A DNA stretch of 49,733 nt from Ministeria vibrans ATCC 50519 (Eukaryota; Protista; Filasterea): the NCBI GenBank assembly GCA_943704425.1, contig CALSCP010000463.1, positions 1 through 49,733 on the forward strand, in the 5' to 3' direction. The notes beneath the pieces were generated by a model. It ran no database searches, was not told where the DNA came from, and saw only the letters and a program-made list of their open reading frames with translations. Made by a program: the position numbers and the translations under genes. Below are positions 29,778-40,646 of this stretch, piece by piece. How positions within the stretch are numbered: position 1 is the stretch's first letter; every line of letters starts with the position of its first letter.

Positions 29778-31163
29778 TTATTCGGTCATGGGCTCGGGAG
29801 CAGAGGTGTCTTCAGGCGCAGGGGCATCGCCCGGCACTGCGGCGGCTGCAGCAGCGGCTGTTTCAGTAGTCCCTGATGAAGTGTCTGCGTCCATAGGCAC
29901 AGCTGCCGCATCGTCGGCCGTCTGCTTGGCGCGCTTGGCGGTGGATGTGGCGGCATTGAGACGCTCGAGGTAGTCGGTGAGGTCGGCGTCGTCGTGCACT
30001 GTAAAGGGAGTGTCCAGGCCGACAAATGCAACGGAGAAGTTGGACGTCGACAGTGTGGTGCTCGAGGGCAGTGAGTCGTGCAGTGCTCGCACGGCATGGT
30101 CAATCAGTTCCTGAAGGGAGGCTGTAAACACAATGGATCAATATCAAGCGAGGGGTTTATTTTATTGCGGGGGTTTTTTGTTGTACCATCGAGAAACTCA
30201 TCCAAGTGACGTTCGAGATAGGTTTTGGCGGACTGTGAACGAGCACCGATTGCCATGGCCTTACAGTCAAAGTAGTTGGCGGAGGGGCACGTTTGGTAGA
30301 TGTGAGGGCCAAGTTTCTACCAAAAGAGTTCGAATGTGAGTTGTGGGCGAATGAGTGAGTGGTGGGTGAGTGAGTGAGTGAATGAGTGAGTGAGTGAGTC
30401 AGTCACTGAGTGAGTGATAAAGCAGTGAGTTTTTCTTTACGTCGTAGCCGGCAACGAGCATTCCGACGCCATAGGGTCGTCGTCCATAGCGCTGTGTGCA
30501 CACTTGAAGCTTGTCGCCAACGGAGGCGACCAGCCGTGAGACGGGAATGGGCTCACCAAAGGCATACTGATTGTTAAGGCATTCGTTTCTCATATATTTG
30601 CTGGAAAAGTCACAGAGAGAGAGAGGGAGAGATGTCAGGAGGGGCGTGGAGAGGGAGAGACGGAGCAATGGTAGGTACCTAAGGAAGCGGGCGTCGCTCG
30701 TCACGCCCGCAATGGTAATTCCGACGTGCGAATCGAGACGAAGCATTTTCTTTTGATGCGCTGACAAATCGCTCGCAGCTCGCTTTAAGCCCACGAGAAC
30801 GGCGTGCGTCTTCGACTTGAGACCGATACCACACGCGCCCTAGGGTACAGCACAATGCAAGGGTGAGCGAACGTCAGGAGAGACCAACAGAGCGAAAAAT
30901 AAGGAAAAGAAAAAAAAAAGATTCGCGAAGGAGAGAACAAGAACGAAGGAAGAAGAGGCTGTAAGGGGGCGGGCTGAGTGGACGGAGGTGGCTCTACCTG
31001 TTTGACAGCCTCCATGGCATACTCGACTTGGTGGATTCTCCCCTGAACGAGTGAGAGAGAGAGAGTGAGTGAATTTGGAACACCAATCGAATGTTTGTGA
31101 AAATGTCCGGCATACTTGCGGGCTCCACGTTGTGATGTCGTTGTCGTATTGATTACGGAACAT
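29778..31163 (-). CDS. PSMA1: 20S proteasome subunit alpha type-1 (alpha6)
   Basis: [59 protein letters not shown]. Confidence 0.95.
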
Positions 31164-31409
31164 CTTTGAAGTTATAACTTATAAAAGTATAAAAACCAAT
31201 TATTATTAATGATTTAAAATAAAAATCATTCATGAGATCAAAATCTATCTCAGAAAAGGGTTGGGGAACACGAAGTCAGGCCTCTAAGTAGGGTCCACAG
31301 GCCTACAACTAGACTAAATAGGCCGATCGGTCTTGCGAGCCTAGAGTCGTTAAATGCTACTTCTTTTTGCTATCTTGGAATTCTTTCATACGTGTTTCAT
31401 AGTACTCCA

Positions 31410-31710
31410 TCGCTTTCAGGCTTGTACTCCTCCAATCATCTTCCACTTTCTGGCTTGCACTCCTCCAATCATCTTCCACTTTCTGGCTTGAACTCCTCCA
31501 ACCGTCTTCCACTTTCAGGCTTGTACTCCTCCAATCATCTTCCACTTTCTGGCTTGCACTCCTCCAATCATCTTCCACTTTCAGGCTTGTACTCCTCCAA
31601 CCGTCTTCCACTTTCTGGCTTGTACGAAGCTTGTACTCCTCCAACCGTCTTTTCTAATGTACTCCTCCGAGTAGATCATCTTCCGCTTTCTGGTCTGTAT
31701 TCCTCCACAT
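31410..31710 (-). repeat. 33-bp minisatellite (about 8-9 full or degenerate units) overlapping the monooxygenase stop codon
   Basis: Minus-strand unit tggaggagt(a/g/t)caagcc(t/a)gaaagtggaaga(tga/cgg)t repeated in tandem. Confidence 0.9.
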
Positions 31711-33088
31711 TGACCGAGTCGTAGCCCGAGCCGACGGCACCGCGGCGCTTATCAAAGCGGTAGAGTGCACGGAATGCGGCGAGGAGCGGTGGCAGCACGT
31801 AAGAGAGCTTGGTGTATCCGGCGCGCGCGCAAAGTGCCCGCACGTCGACGTTGGGGTCTTCGTCGGGATCCGACTTGCGTTGGAGGAGCATCCGCTGACC
31901 CTGTTCGCGCTGAGTGTAAAACTTGTTTTTGCGCTCGAGCATTGACTGTTCGACCGGCAACAGACGCGCCATGTTACACGCGTGTGTCGCACCATCAAAG
32001 ACGCCCTCTTGTGCAAGCGCATCGTCGAGTTCGAGCGCATCGTGCAGCGCCAGATTGCCGCCACCGCCTAGTCCAATGTTGCGAAGCGAATCGCCCACAC
32101 AGATCAAAGGCAGCGAGGCGTGCTCGCGCAGTGTTGTGGGCCCATGCGTCATGTTCGCGCGGACTGTTACGCGCGACAGAGCATCGACAAACTCGTGCAT
32201 AATCGGATGGAAGCGGCCCGTCACCATGTCGCGATGGAGCCACTCTTGAACTGTTTTGAGTCGCGTGTCGGTGAACATGCCGTCGCGCCGCGAGCGTCCT
32301 TGCTCGAGGCCCATCTCTTGCAGAAACGCCTTCTCATCGGTGCGATCGTGCACCAAGTAAAAGAAGGAGGTGCGTTTGTCGGCAGGATCCGCACCAAATC
32401 GTTGCAGGAAGCTTTGGTAGCCGTGTGCAATGACACAGAGCGAACCTTCGCCAAGCGCCTCCACAGCCGCAGAAGAGGTCGACGCCTCGGGCGACTCGAT
32501 AAGCCCATGGATCATGAGTGCAATCGGATGCTTTCCAACTGGATCGTGAACGCGTAATGAGCGCAGCGGACTGTGCACGCCAGTGGCATCCACCACCAAA
32601 TCGTATGCGCCCAAGTCTGAGTTCTCGACACCCTTCACCATCGCAGCGCCCTCCTCGGCGCCATCAGACTCCACCACATTGGTCACGTTAACTCCATGGT
32701 GCACAGCAACGCCGCGCTCTTGCAATGCCTCAAGCAGGACCGTTCGAAGTCGAGCGCGATTCGATTCCGGCTCAGGATTGTGCCGTCGAAAGAGCTTGAC
32801 CAACGGCGGCATGTAGGACGCCACCACCACTTCAAGGCGTGTATTGACCCATACCATGACGTCACTTTTGGGTCGGGTCATCTCCCAGAAGCGGTGGTAG
32901 ACGCCGGCACGTCGCAGCACCGCTTGGCCTTCCGCATACGACAGATCAAGACCGTACCCTTCGTCGCGCTCCTTGTCTGCGCGCTCAAACACCTCCACAA
33001 ACACACGCTGCCGCGCCGACAGCATTCCTGCCAGGCCTAACCCCGAGATACCGCTGCCTATGACGGCGATGCGGGGGAGTCGTTGCAT
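31676..33088 (-). CDS. Group A FAD-dependent monooxygenase (TetX/UbiH-like), intronless
   Basis: IAVIGSGISGL Rossmann motif, EVFER, GYGLDL, YDLVVDATGVHSPLR (DG-like motif), VGDSL...GGGGNLALHDALEL (GD motif). Confidence 0.85.
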   Translation of the reverse strand: MQRLPRIAVIGSGISGLGLAGMLSARQRVFVEVFERADKERDEGYGLDLSYAEGQAVLRRAGVYHRFWEMTRPKSDVMVWVNTRLEVVVASYMPPLVKLFRRHNPEPESNRARLRTVLLEALQERGVAVHHGVNVTNVVESDGAEEGAAMVKGVENSDLGAYDLVVDATGVHSPLRSLRVHDPVGKHPIALMIHGLIESPEASTSSAAVEALGEGSLCVIAHGYQSFLQRFGADPADKRTSFFYLVHDRTDEKAFLQEMGLEQGRSRRDGMFTDTRLKTVQEWLHRDMVTGRFHPIMHEFVDALSRVTVRANMTHGPTTLREHASLPLICVGDSLRNIGLGGGGNLALHDALELDDALAQEGVFDGATHACNMARLLPVEQSMLERKNKFYTQREQGQRMLLQRKSDPDEDPNVDVRALCARAGYTKLSYVLPPLLAAFRALYRFDKRRGAVGSGYDSVNVEEYRPESGR

Positions 33089-33171
33089 ATTGGAAAAAGG
33101 TTGATAATCTGATTGGATAAAAATTAAAAATATTATTAAAATAATTTTACTCATTTGATTTACTCTTCGAC

Positions 33172-36158
33172 ATGTCAAACGGCGGCTACCGCTTTGGCGA
33201 TGGCACTCGATGGATCCTGCGCAACGTCATTGGTGCAGGGGGAAGGAATAATAGCGCGAGCGACGACGACGACGAAACGCCCCGCTCAACCCAAACGGAA
33301 ACACACGAACAGCGGCGTGAGCGCCTGCTGCAGCGAGTGCGCAGCGAGGAGGAGAAGGACGAACAGCAGCAGCAGCAGCAGCAGCAGCAAGAGGAAGGTC
33401 GTCGTAGCAGCAGTGTGGTAGACACAACCAAGTCCACAAGCACAACAACTACGACCAGCGGCTCTCTGCCGCCGTTTGTGCCGGCCGTCTCGCTAGAAGG
33501 CGCCTCCTGGCCCGATCCAGACCCCACCTTGCATTGCAGTGACAGTGCGACGGCCCGAGTCGACGACGTGACGCGCCTGAACGCGACGGAAGTCGACCGT
33601 GTCTTCATGCCTCGCTCGGTCGACGATGTGCGCGACATCCTGGCTTTGGCTCGCTCCACGGGACACCGCGTCTCGATGCGCGGCACCAAACACTCCATGG
33701 GTGGTCACACGATCTCCCCCAAGGGCTATGTCATTGACATGGCCAAACTCAACCGTGTCGTCAGTGTCGACGTGACCCGCCAACTGGCTGTCGTCCAACC
33801 TGGCGCACAGTGGTCCGATCTCATCTACCACCTCAACCAGTATGGTCTCTCGCCACGTACCATGCAGTCCTACTCGACATTCAGTGTGGGTGGCACCGTC
33901 GCCGTAAGCGAACAAGACAAATTATGAAATATTTTTCGTCCCCCTCAATAATAATTCGTCCCTCACTCACGACACGTCATCGTTTATTTTTTTCCGTCCT
34001 TAAAAATATTTTTCTTTCATTGATTCTCAGGTCAATGCCCACGGCATCACCACCGATGAAACAATGGCGGAGAGCGTCGAAAGTATGGTGGTGGTGACTT
34101 GGGACGGAGCAGTGCAGCAGTGCAGTCGCGAGGAGAACAGCGACCTGTTCGCGCATGTGATTGGCGGCTATGGACTCTTTGGCGTCATGGTCGAACTTAC
34201 ACTACGTGTCAGTCCCAATGTTCCTCTTCAAATGGACTTTATCGCGTGCACTACGGAAGAGTTTTCGCGTCTCTATCTTGCCTTGGTGGACGACACGGAC
34301 GTCGAAATCAAACTGGGCCGTGTCAACATTGACACTTTTGCCGCGTGTCAGCTCTTTGTCTTCCGACGCGCCACTCGTCACGCCTCCGTTCGCACCGTCT
34401 CTAGTCTGCCTTTGCATCCGCGTGAAATGTCACGCACCAGCCAGTTTCTCTACAAGTGGGTCTTTCCCAGTGCATCGCGTCTGCGTGCCACCCTCGAGAG
34501 CTTCCAAGGTCGCGCCATCGACTGGTCCGACGCCAACGAACGCAACCAGCTCATGTATGAGAGTGCGCAGCCCCTTGCCCGTCTCTACTCGCCACTCCTC
34601 GATCTCGATGACACGGTACGGGAGAGGGAGGGGGTGTTCAGTCAACTAAATCCACGCGCCCTTTACCTCTTCTTATTTTTAGTTTGTGCTTCAAGAGTAC
34701 TTTGTGCCTCGCTTTGCCTTTGTCGACTGGATGCGCTCGGCAGGCGACGTGCTTATGAGCGCGCGCAACGACAGCGCCACACACTCACTCTTGTCGCTGC
34801 TCAACATGACAGTGCGCTTTGTGCTGCACGACACAACCACCACACTGCCGTATGCGCGTGCTCCCGAAGGCTCCTTCGCCTTTGTGCTTTACTATCGTCT
34901 CAAGCGCTCACGCGCCGCCGACGAAGCCCTCCACTCGCTTCACTCGGCACTCGTTGACGTCACACTCCGTCTCAGCGGCACCTTCTATCTCCCCTATCGC
35001 CATCATTATACCCACGCCCAGATGCACTCGGCCTATCCTTCCGCGCGCGACTTCTTTGAGGCCAAGTCCCGCCTCGATCCTCACGGCCTCTTCGACTCAC
35101 TGTGGTTTCGCGCCTACAGCCCATGCGAACCGTCCGAATTGCTTGTCATCTGCGAAAGTGTTACTCCTTCTAGCAACAGCAGTGGTGCATTTGAGCTCGA
35201 ACGTGTTCCTGAGCGACGCACCGACTCCTACCGTCAACTCATGCGCGATCCGGTCATGCGCTCGCAGTTTTTCGAGAGCTTCCTCACCAAAATTTTTGAT
35301 GTGGACCAGCCCGATCGACTGCACAGCGTCATTGCCAAGGCGACCGCTGACCCACGCAACGCGTGTGATCTGGACGTGTACGGTGCGGTCAAAGACGAGC
35401 TGGCCAAGCTGGCAGGGGGTCCCTTTGCCGGTGTGCAAAAGCTGTACAAGAGTATCAAGCAGCTGCGACACCAACGTGCCGAGTTTACGCGCGAGACAGC
35501 TGCCATTCTGGGGCGCCTTGGTCGCATGGGACATGTTCACGACTACGTGAGCATTGGCGACAACGGTAAGATGGTCTTGAGCTTTCGTGCCACCCTGGGC
35601 ATGCGTGGTCGCGCGTATGTGGTTCACGACCGTGATGCAGGCGAGAAGGACCTGGCCGGCATGCTTGAGCGGGGCTCGGAGCAGCCCGTTGGCGAGTATG
35701 TGCATCTGGACTACGAGCAGGCAGAGCATGTTGTCGGGCGCCTCAGTTCCATTCCCGATGCGAGTGTCGACCTTGTGACCGCCTTTGTGGGATTGCATCA
35801 TTTGCCGCAGGCAGGAATCATGCCGCTGCTGAGCGAGATCAAGCGCATGCTGCGACCTGGCGGTCTCTTTCTGCTTCGCGAACACGACGCTGTGCCATCG
35901 CTCATGCCTATGTTGGACTTGGCCCACTCGGTGTTCAATGTGGTGACGGGAGTATCGGCCATGGACGAGCGCACAGAGATTCGTGCGTTCCGTCCGCTGG
36001 TTGCGTGGCGTCGCATTGTCGAGGCGGCCGGTCTGCACGACCTCATGTTGTACGAGATGGAGGCAGGCGATCCCACCATTGACGAGATGATGGTCTTTTG
36101 CAATGGTTCTCTCGATGACTTTGTGGAGCACGCACCGTCGCCGTCACCCGAGAGTGTC

Positions 36159-36199
<41 letters not shown>

Positions 36200-38308
36200 T
36201 CCGGCGGGTGTTGCCACGCAGCATCCTCTCGTGGGCATGCTCGGCTCGCTTGCCGAGCGCACGCCGCTGGCCTTGCTCGAGCTGCTCCGCAGCGTTCTGG
36301 ACGGTGCCGTGTCCATGATTGATACGCTACGCACAACTATCGATGATCTTGTCTCTGTCAACGGCACAGTCGGTCAGCGCTTTGCCGCCACACAGTTTGT
36401 CGATCAATTGCTCATGCCTCTGCGCGAGCTTCTGGTCGACGTGCGTCCCTTCCTTGATGCGGCCCAGCTCAAGGAGAAGGCACCCTCATTTGACTTGATT
36501 CCTCCAGAGCTGTTTATTGCCATCAATGCGCTACTTGCCAAAGGGCGTCGTGGTGAGGCGTCGCCCAACGAACTCGTTGCCATTGCCATCATCATGGACG
36601 TGCAAAACTTCTTTGGAAGCGGCAGCACGGACGAGAAGAAGGCGTCGGCGAGCACAACAGCAGCAGAAGAAGAGCATCATGCGGACGAGGGTGGCGCTGC
36701 GTCGTCATCGTCGTCGTCAAACATTCGTGAACAAGCATTGTTGGTTTTCACGCGTCTCTTTACGGCCATGCCTGAGCTTGGCAACACCGAGTATCTCACG
36801 ACGGCCGGATTTGATCATCGGGCGACCCTGTTGATCCAGTCGCGACTCGGTGGACGCCGTAGTATCAGTGCAGAAACACTGTCGGACGCACTAGTACCGT
36901 GGATGGACGATCGTGCGTGGCGTGAGGTCTCAGACGCTCTCGAAGATGTGATGTTTGATCCGTCGCACCATCCGTTCACCTACGACAGTCTGTGCAACGA
37001 CAAGTCTCCTTGGTCACGCGTCGCCATGGGCCTGCTTGGCTCGCCCCACGTGCGTCCCACCGGTTATGTGCAAATGATGGCGTCCGCCGCGGGTCTCCGT
37101 CGCCTCATTGAAGTAATTTGTTCAATTTTTCTGTGCACAATTCTAATTTTACTGCTCATAATACTAATCTGCTAATAATAATCGTTTCATGTCTTTATTA
37201 ATTAATAGATGTGGAAGGTGGCGCAGCAACTGCGCAAGGCAACAAAATCAACAACAACAACAATAACAACGCCATCGGTGGGAAATGGGCGGGAGTTGAG
37301 CGGTAAGGCGCGAGGGATGCTGCGTGCGGCGGCGCTGGTGGTACATGAGAAGGCGGACGCAGCGTCGGTTGATGGGCTCGAGCGGTGTCTGCGCATGTAC
37401 TCGGTGGTGCAGACGCCGGCGGGGACCCATCCCGAGTTCACGTACTACAAGCTGCCCGAGTGGATGCAGGTAGAGATGGTGCGTGTCTTTGGTGCATCGA
37501 TGGAGCACACGGCATGGTACCGCTTTCCGTTTATGCCATTGCTCAAGACGTACTTCACTGTGCTGCTCAACGAGTGCAAGATTGTCTATGCCAAGCACGG
37601 CCTTGCCCGTTCGCTCCTCAGCCTTGCTTTTGCCACCGACCTGGTTCCCGGCGTGGTGATGGCCGCGCTCTTTGCCCAACTCCAGCTCTTAGCCGTGAGA
37701 CACAAACAATATATATATATATATATCCGAGACACATTAAAACAAAAATTCATAGATGCCATTGTTGTACACACTGGGCAACGAGTACAGTCCCGATCAG
37801 CGTGAGACGCAGGTTGAGGAGCTCGTTGTGGTTACGGGCGATACACCACCGGACTGGCAGTCACTCGTTGACAGGCGTGTGGTCGCACAGACGGTCGTGA
37901 CAGGTTTGCACGTTGTCAAGGTCAGAACGACAAACATGACATGCTGCATTTCTGTCGTTGACACTAGGCCTGTCTCCTTAGGTTCCATCGTTGGGCGAAT
38001 TCACGGATATGATTGTGCGACTGGCTCGCGTGCAACCCTCGGTGCGTGTGATACGGATCAGTGAGCATCGAGAGGTACAGGTGCGTGTGATGGTGCGTCA
38101 TGGCGATGCGTCGCTGCTCGCCCAAGTACGTGCGCTTGAGGGCGCCACCGTGCTCTTTGACTTCCACATGGCCACGGACGGTACGCCGCATGTCCCTGAG
38201 GTCAGTGTTGCCCTGTGTGTGCAGGTGTCGGCTCTCCTTGACCTGGTGCGCTCAGTCGACGCACTCGATGGTGTGCGACTCGAGCAAGTGTACGATTTTT
38301 GGACTTGA
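33172..38308 (+). CDS. FAD-linked oxidase (FAD_binding_4/PCMH, ALO/DprE1-like) fused to a class I SAM methyltransferase-like domain and an unknown C-terminal region; exons ~33172-33903, 34031-34615, 34683-37112, 37209-37694, 37757-37920, 37983-38308
   Basis: VSMRGTKHSMGGH, FSVGGTVAVNAHG, IGGYGLFGV, LQEYFVP, GTFYLPYR, LDPHGLF. Methyltransferase region SVDLVTAFVGLHH...MLRPGGLFLLREHD. C-terminal YKLPEW motif. Confidence 0.85.
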
Positions 38309-38359
38309 GTAAAAAAAAATAAGTCTTCCTTAAAATCCATTTCTCAATCAATGTATGTT

Positions 38360-39140
38360 ATTGTGGGAGTGTATTCAGAAAGGTTCGCCAAGAAAGTTGT
38401 GGCCGCCAACACACACACATGATTTCCTGCAACATAACATAACACGAATGAGAAAAGAGAAAAACAAAATAACATATACAACCGACAAAAAGTCGATGTG
38501 TGTCATATGGTAGTGCATTCCAAATCCGCATGTTAATGAATTGTCAAAAAAGGCTCTCAGAACAGGTCTGTGGAGTGTCATTAATCATTCACACAAAAAA
38601 ACAAAAAAAACAAGAAACAAAAACCCATTTTCAAATATTCTTACCGAGAGAAAGGGGACGGGATGTGACTGAAGAGCACGTGAGGGACAACTGGAAGGTC
38701 TCCTGTCGTTTGTCTCGCGATGAAGCAGTCGGAATTTGCATTTTTGACAAAAACGTGTGTGATCTGAAGAAAAATGATAAGAAAGAAACACAAGAGTGAG
38801 AAGGAGGACTGTCACACAAGGTGTACACATACAAAGACAAAAGAAAGGAGGTGGATTTGGATTTGTTGATTTTTTTTTTGTGTTTTTTCGTTGTTTTTTT
38901 TGCAAGGATTGAAAATTGTCGATTATGCTCAATCGCACAACGAACAAGCCAAGCGCGGCTTGCCATATGGAACATGAGATGCCAGGGGACACTATGGCAG
39001 GGTCGGCCGGGCGGGAACGGTCCGGGATTGTGCACACGTGGAGATTTTTTTTGTGTTTACCTTTTGCAAAGTCCATGAAAGGATTGCTGGTGGTCAGGGG
39101 CGTATGGTTAGACTGTTAGTCAATCATCTCCGACATTGTC
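38360..39140 (-). ncRNA. Probable spliced snoRNA host transcript with little coding potential
   Basis: Clear GT-AG introns at ~39060-38764 and 38644-38427 separate short exons with no recognisable protein. Intron 2 carries a C/D snoRNA candidate. Transcript ends are uncertain. Confidence 0.5.
38498..38594 (-). ncRNA. Box C/D snoRNA, U25(SNORD25)/snR56-like, guiding 18S rRNA 2'-O-methylation in AACAGGUCUGUG
   Basis: Terminal stem GUGUG/CACAC. C-like box AAUGAUUA. The 12-nt guide CACAGACCUGUU lies immediately 5' of CUGA (D'), then a C'-like UUGACAA and a D-like AUGA. It sits ~70 nt upstream of a 3' splice site. Confidence 0.7.
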
Positions 39141-39381
39141 TCGATTCCGAACGAAAAAGAAACGGAAACAAAAAGTTGAAGAGAAAAAAATGAATTGATT
39201 TTGAAAATTAATCGAATATCAATAATTGAAAATCAGTCCAACTATTCTGTTCTTTTACTGTGCATTTACTTCCTTACGGCCTTACCTACTAGTTAATACT
39301 TAATACTTATTTAGTTGTGTCTCTCCCTGCAGTCTTGTCATTTCACACTTGTGAGTTGCGTGTTGCTTTATTAGTCTTCGG

Positions 39382-40396
39382 ATGAGCGTCAGTCCGTTCG
39401 ATCAGTACTTGCGCGAGTACAACATTCTCGTCGAATAGTAAACGACCGTTTCTCGCTTCGCCTCTGCCCATTCTGACCGCCAGTCGTGCCCCGTAGCAAA
39501 CTTGTCGTTGACGAACAGCATCAGTTCACGGGCGTCTACGTTGCGCCCTCCTTTGATTCGCTCCATGGTAACAAGTGAAAATAATAATAATGTTGTTGAA
39601 TGTTGACTGGTCATAATCCGCCGACCTCGCGCCAGCCTCATCCGTGTCGGTCGCAACCGCCCTCTCATGCCTTTCCCCTTGTTGTGTTGCGTAGTTTGGA
39701 ACGGCGTGGTCTTTGTACGAAGCCGCGCTTACGCCACGGGACGCTTTAAGTTTCGCATTGACATCCCAGCCGAATTTCCCACCTGCAAAACGCCGCCACA
39801 AGTGCACTTTCTCACGCCCCTCATCCACCCATTGGTCAATCCGGCCACGGGCGAACTCAATGTCAAGCACGCATTCCCGGAATGGAGGTATTCATCACAA
39901 CAGCACAATATGTCGAGTCGACGCTCAACGTCTCATCTCTCACTGCACTAGCTCGTCGCAAAGCGCCCTCTGGCACGTCGCTCTCTACATCAAGAAGCTC
40001 TTTTACGACTCTTTCGATGCGATTGGCGATGAGGCGGTGTTCAATGCAGAGGCGCATCGCCTGGCGACGACCGACAAGGAACAGTACAAAGCCATGGTGG
40101 CACAGTGCGTTGCTGCCTCCAAGGAAGATGCCCTTCTCGCAGCGGCACAACTTCCTACAGTACGAGAGACTGTCGACGACGTACCACAGGACGCTCCGAC
40201 ATCCTCCGTTGCCTTCCATCCGTGGTGCGACACGTACGAGGAGGCGTACAAGCGCATTCTGGAACAGGGTCCCTGTGATGCCACCGACTCCGTTTTGAAT
40301 CTGCCTGTTGACCCACCCTCGCAACTCATGGGTCTTTCGTGGGTTGCCAAGGGTAGTGAAAAGCCTTTTTCCGTTTGGAGGAGCGCCAAGAGATGA
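39382..40396 (+). CDS. AKTIP: AKT-interacting protein / FTS (inactive E2 variant of the FHF complex)
   Basis: YLREYNILVEY, GVYVAPS, WNGVVFVR, FKFRIDIPAEFP, HPLVNPATGELNVKHAFPEW (no catalytic Cys), LWHVALYIKKLFY. Confidence 0.85.
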
Positions 40397-40646
40397 AAAT
40401 GCCTCCTGTAATATTTTTAATGTAAACGAACACGTACGACTGAACTCACTCTTGGGCTGGGCGATCATTCAGAGTTGTCAGTTCACACAGTTGACTGTTG
40501 AGAGTTCAGACGATAACGCACCGAGCCGTTTAATTTGACAAGTGGACACTGTGAGGTTGCTGAACGTTTGATCAATCAATGTCACAAATAATAATAAAAA
40601 TATTATTATTAATAAAAAAAAACAATCATTAATTTTTCTCAATACC

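Noticed and set aside
31410-31710. Possible CRISPR array
   Set aside because: The units are contiguous tandem 33-mers with no unique spacers, the context is eukaryotic, and no cas genes are present.
35097-36131. Long antisense ORFs (this one, 41715-42572, 23425-24264, 48245-49033 and others)
   Set aside because: They are shadows of GC-rich coding sequence on the opposite strand, with no motifs of their own.
38912-39046. Assignment of the structured element as U17/snR30
   Set aside because: The 5' resemblance is vague, and the conserved AUAUUCCUA and AAACCAU elements are not clearly present.
39090-39130. Possible third C/D snoRNA (GAUGAUU...AACCAUACGCCC-CUGA on the minus strand)
   Set aside because: The match to the 18S GGGAGUAUGG region has a central mismatch, there is no clear terminal stem, and it is not evidently intronic.
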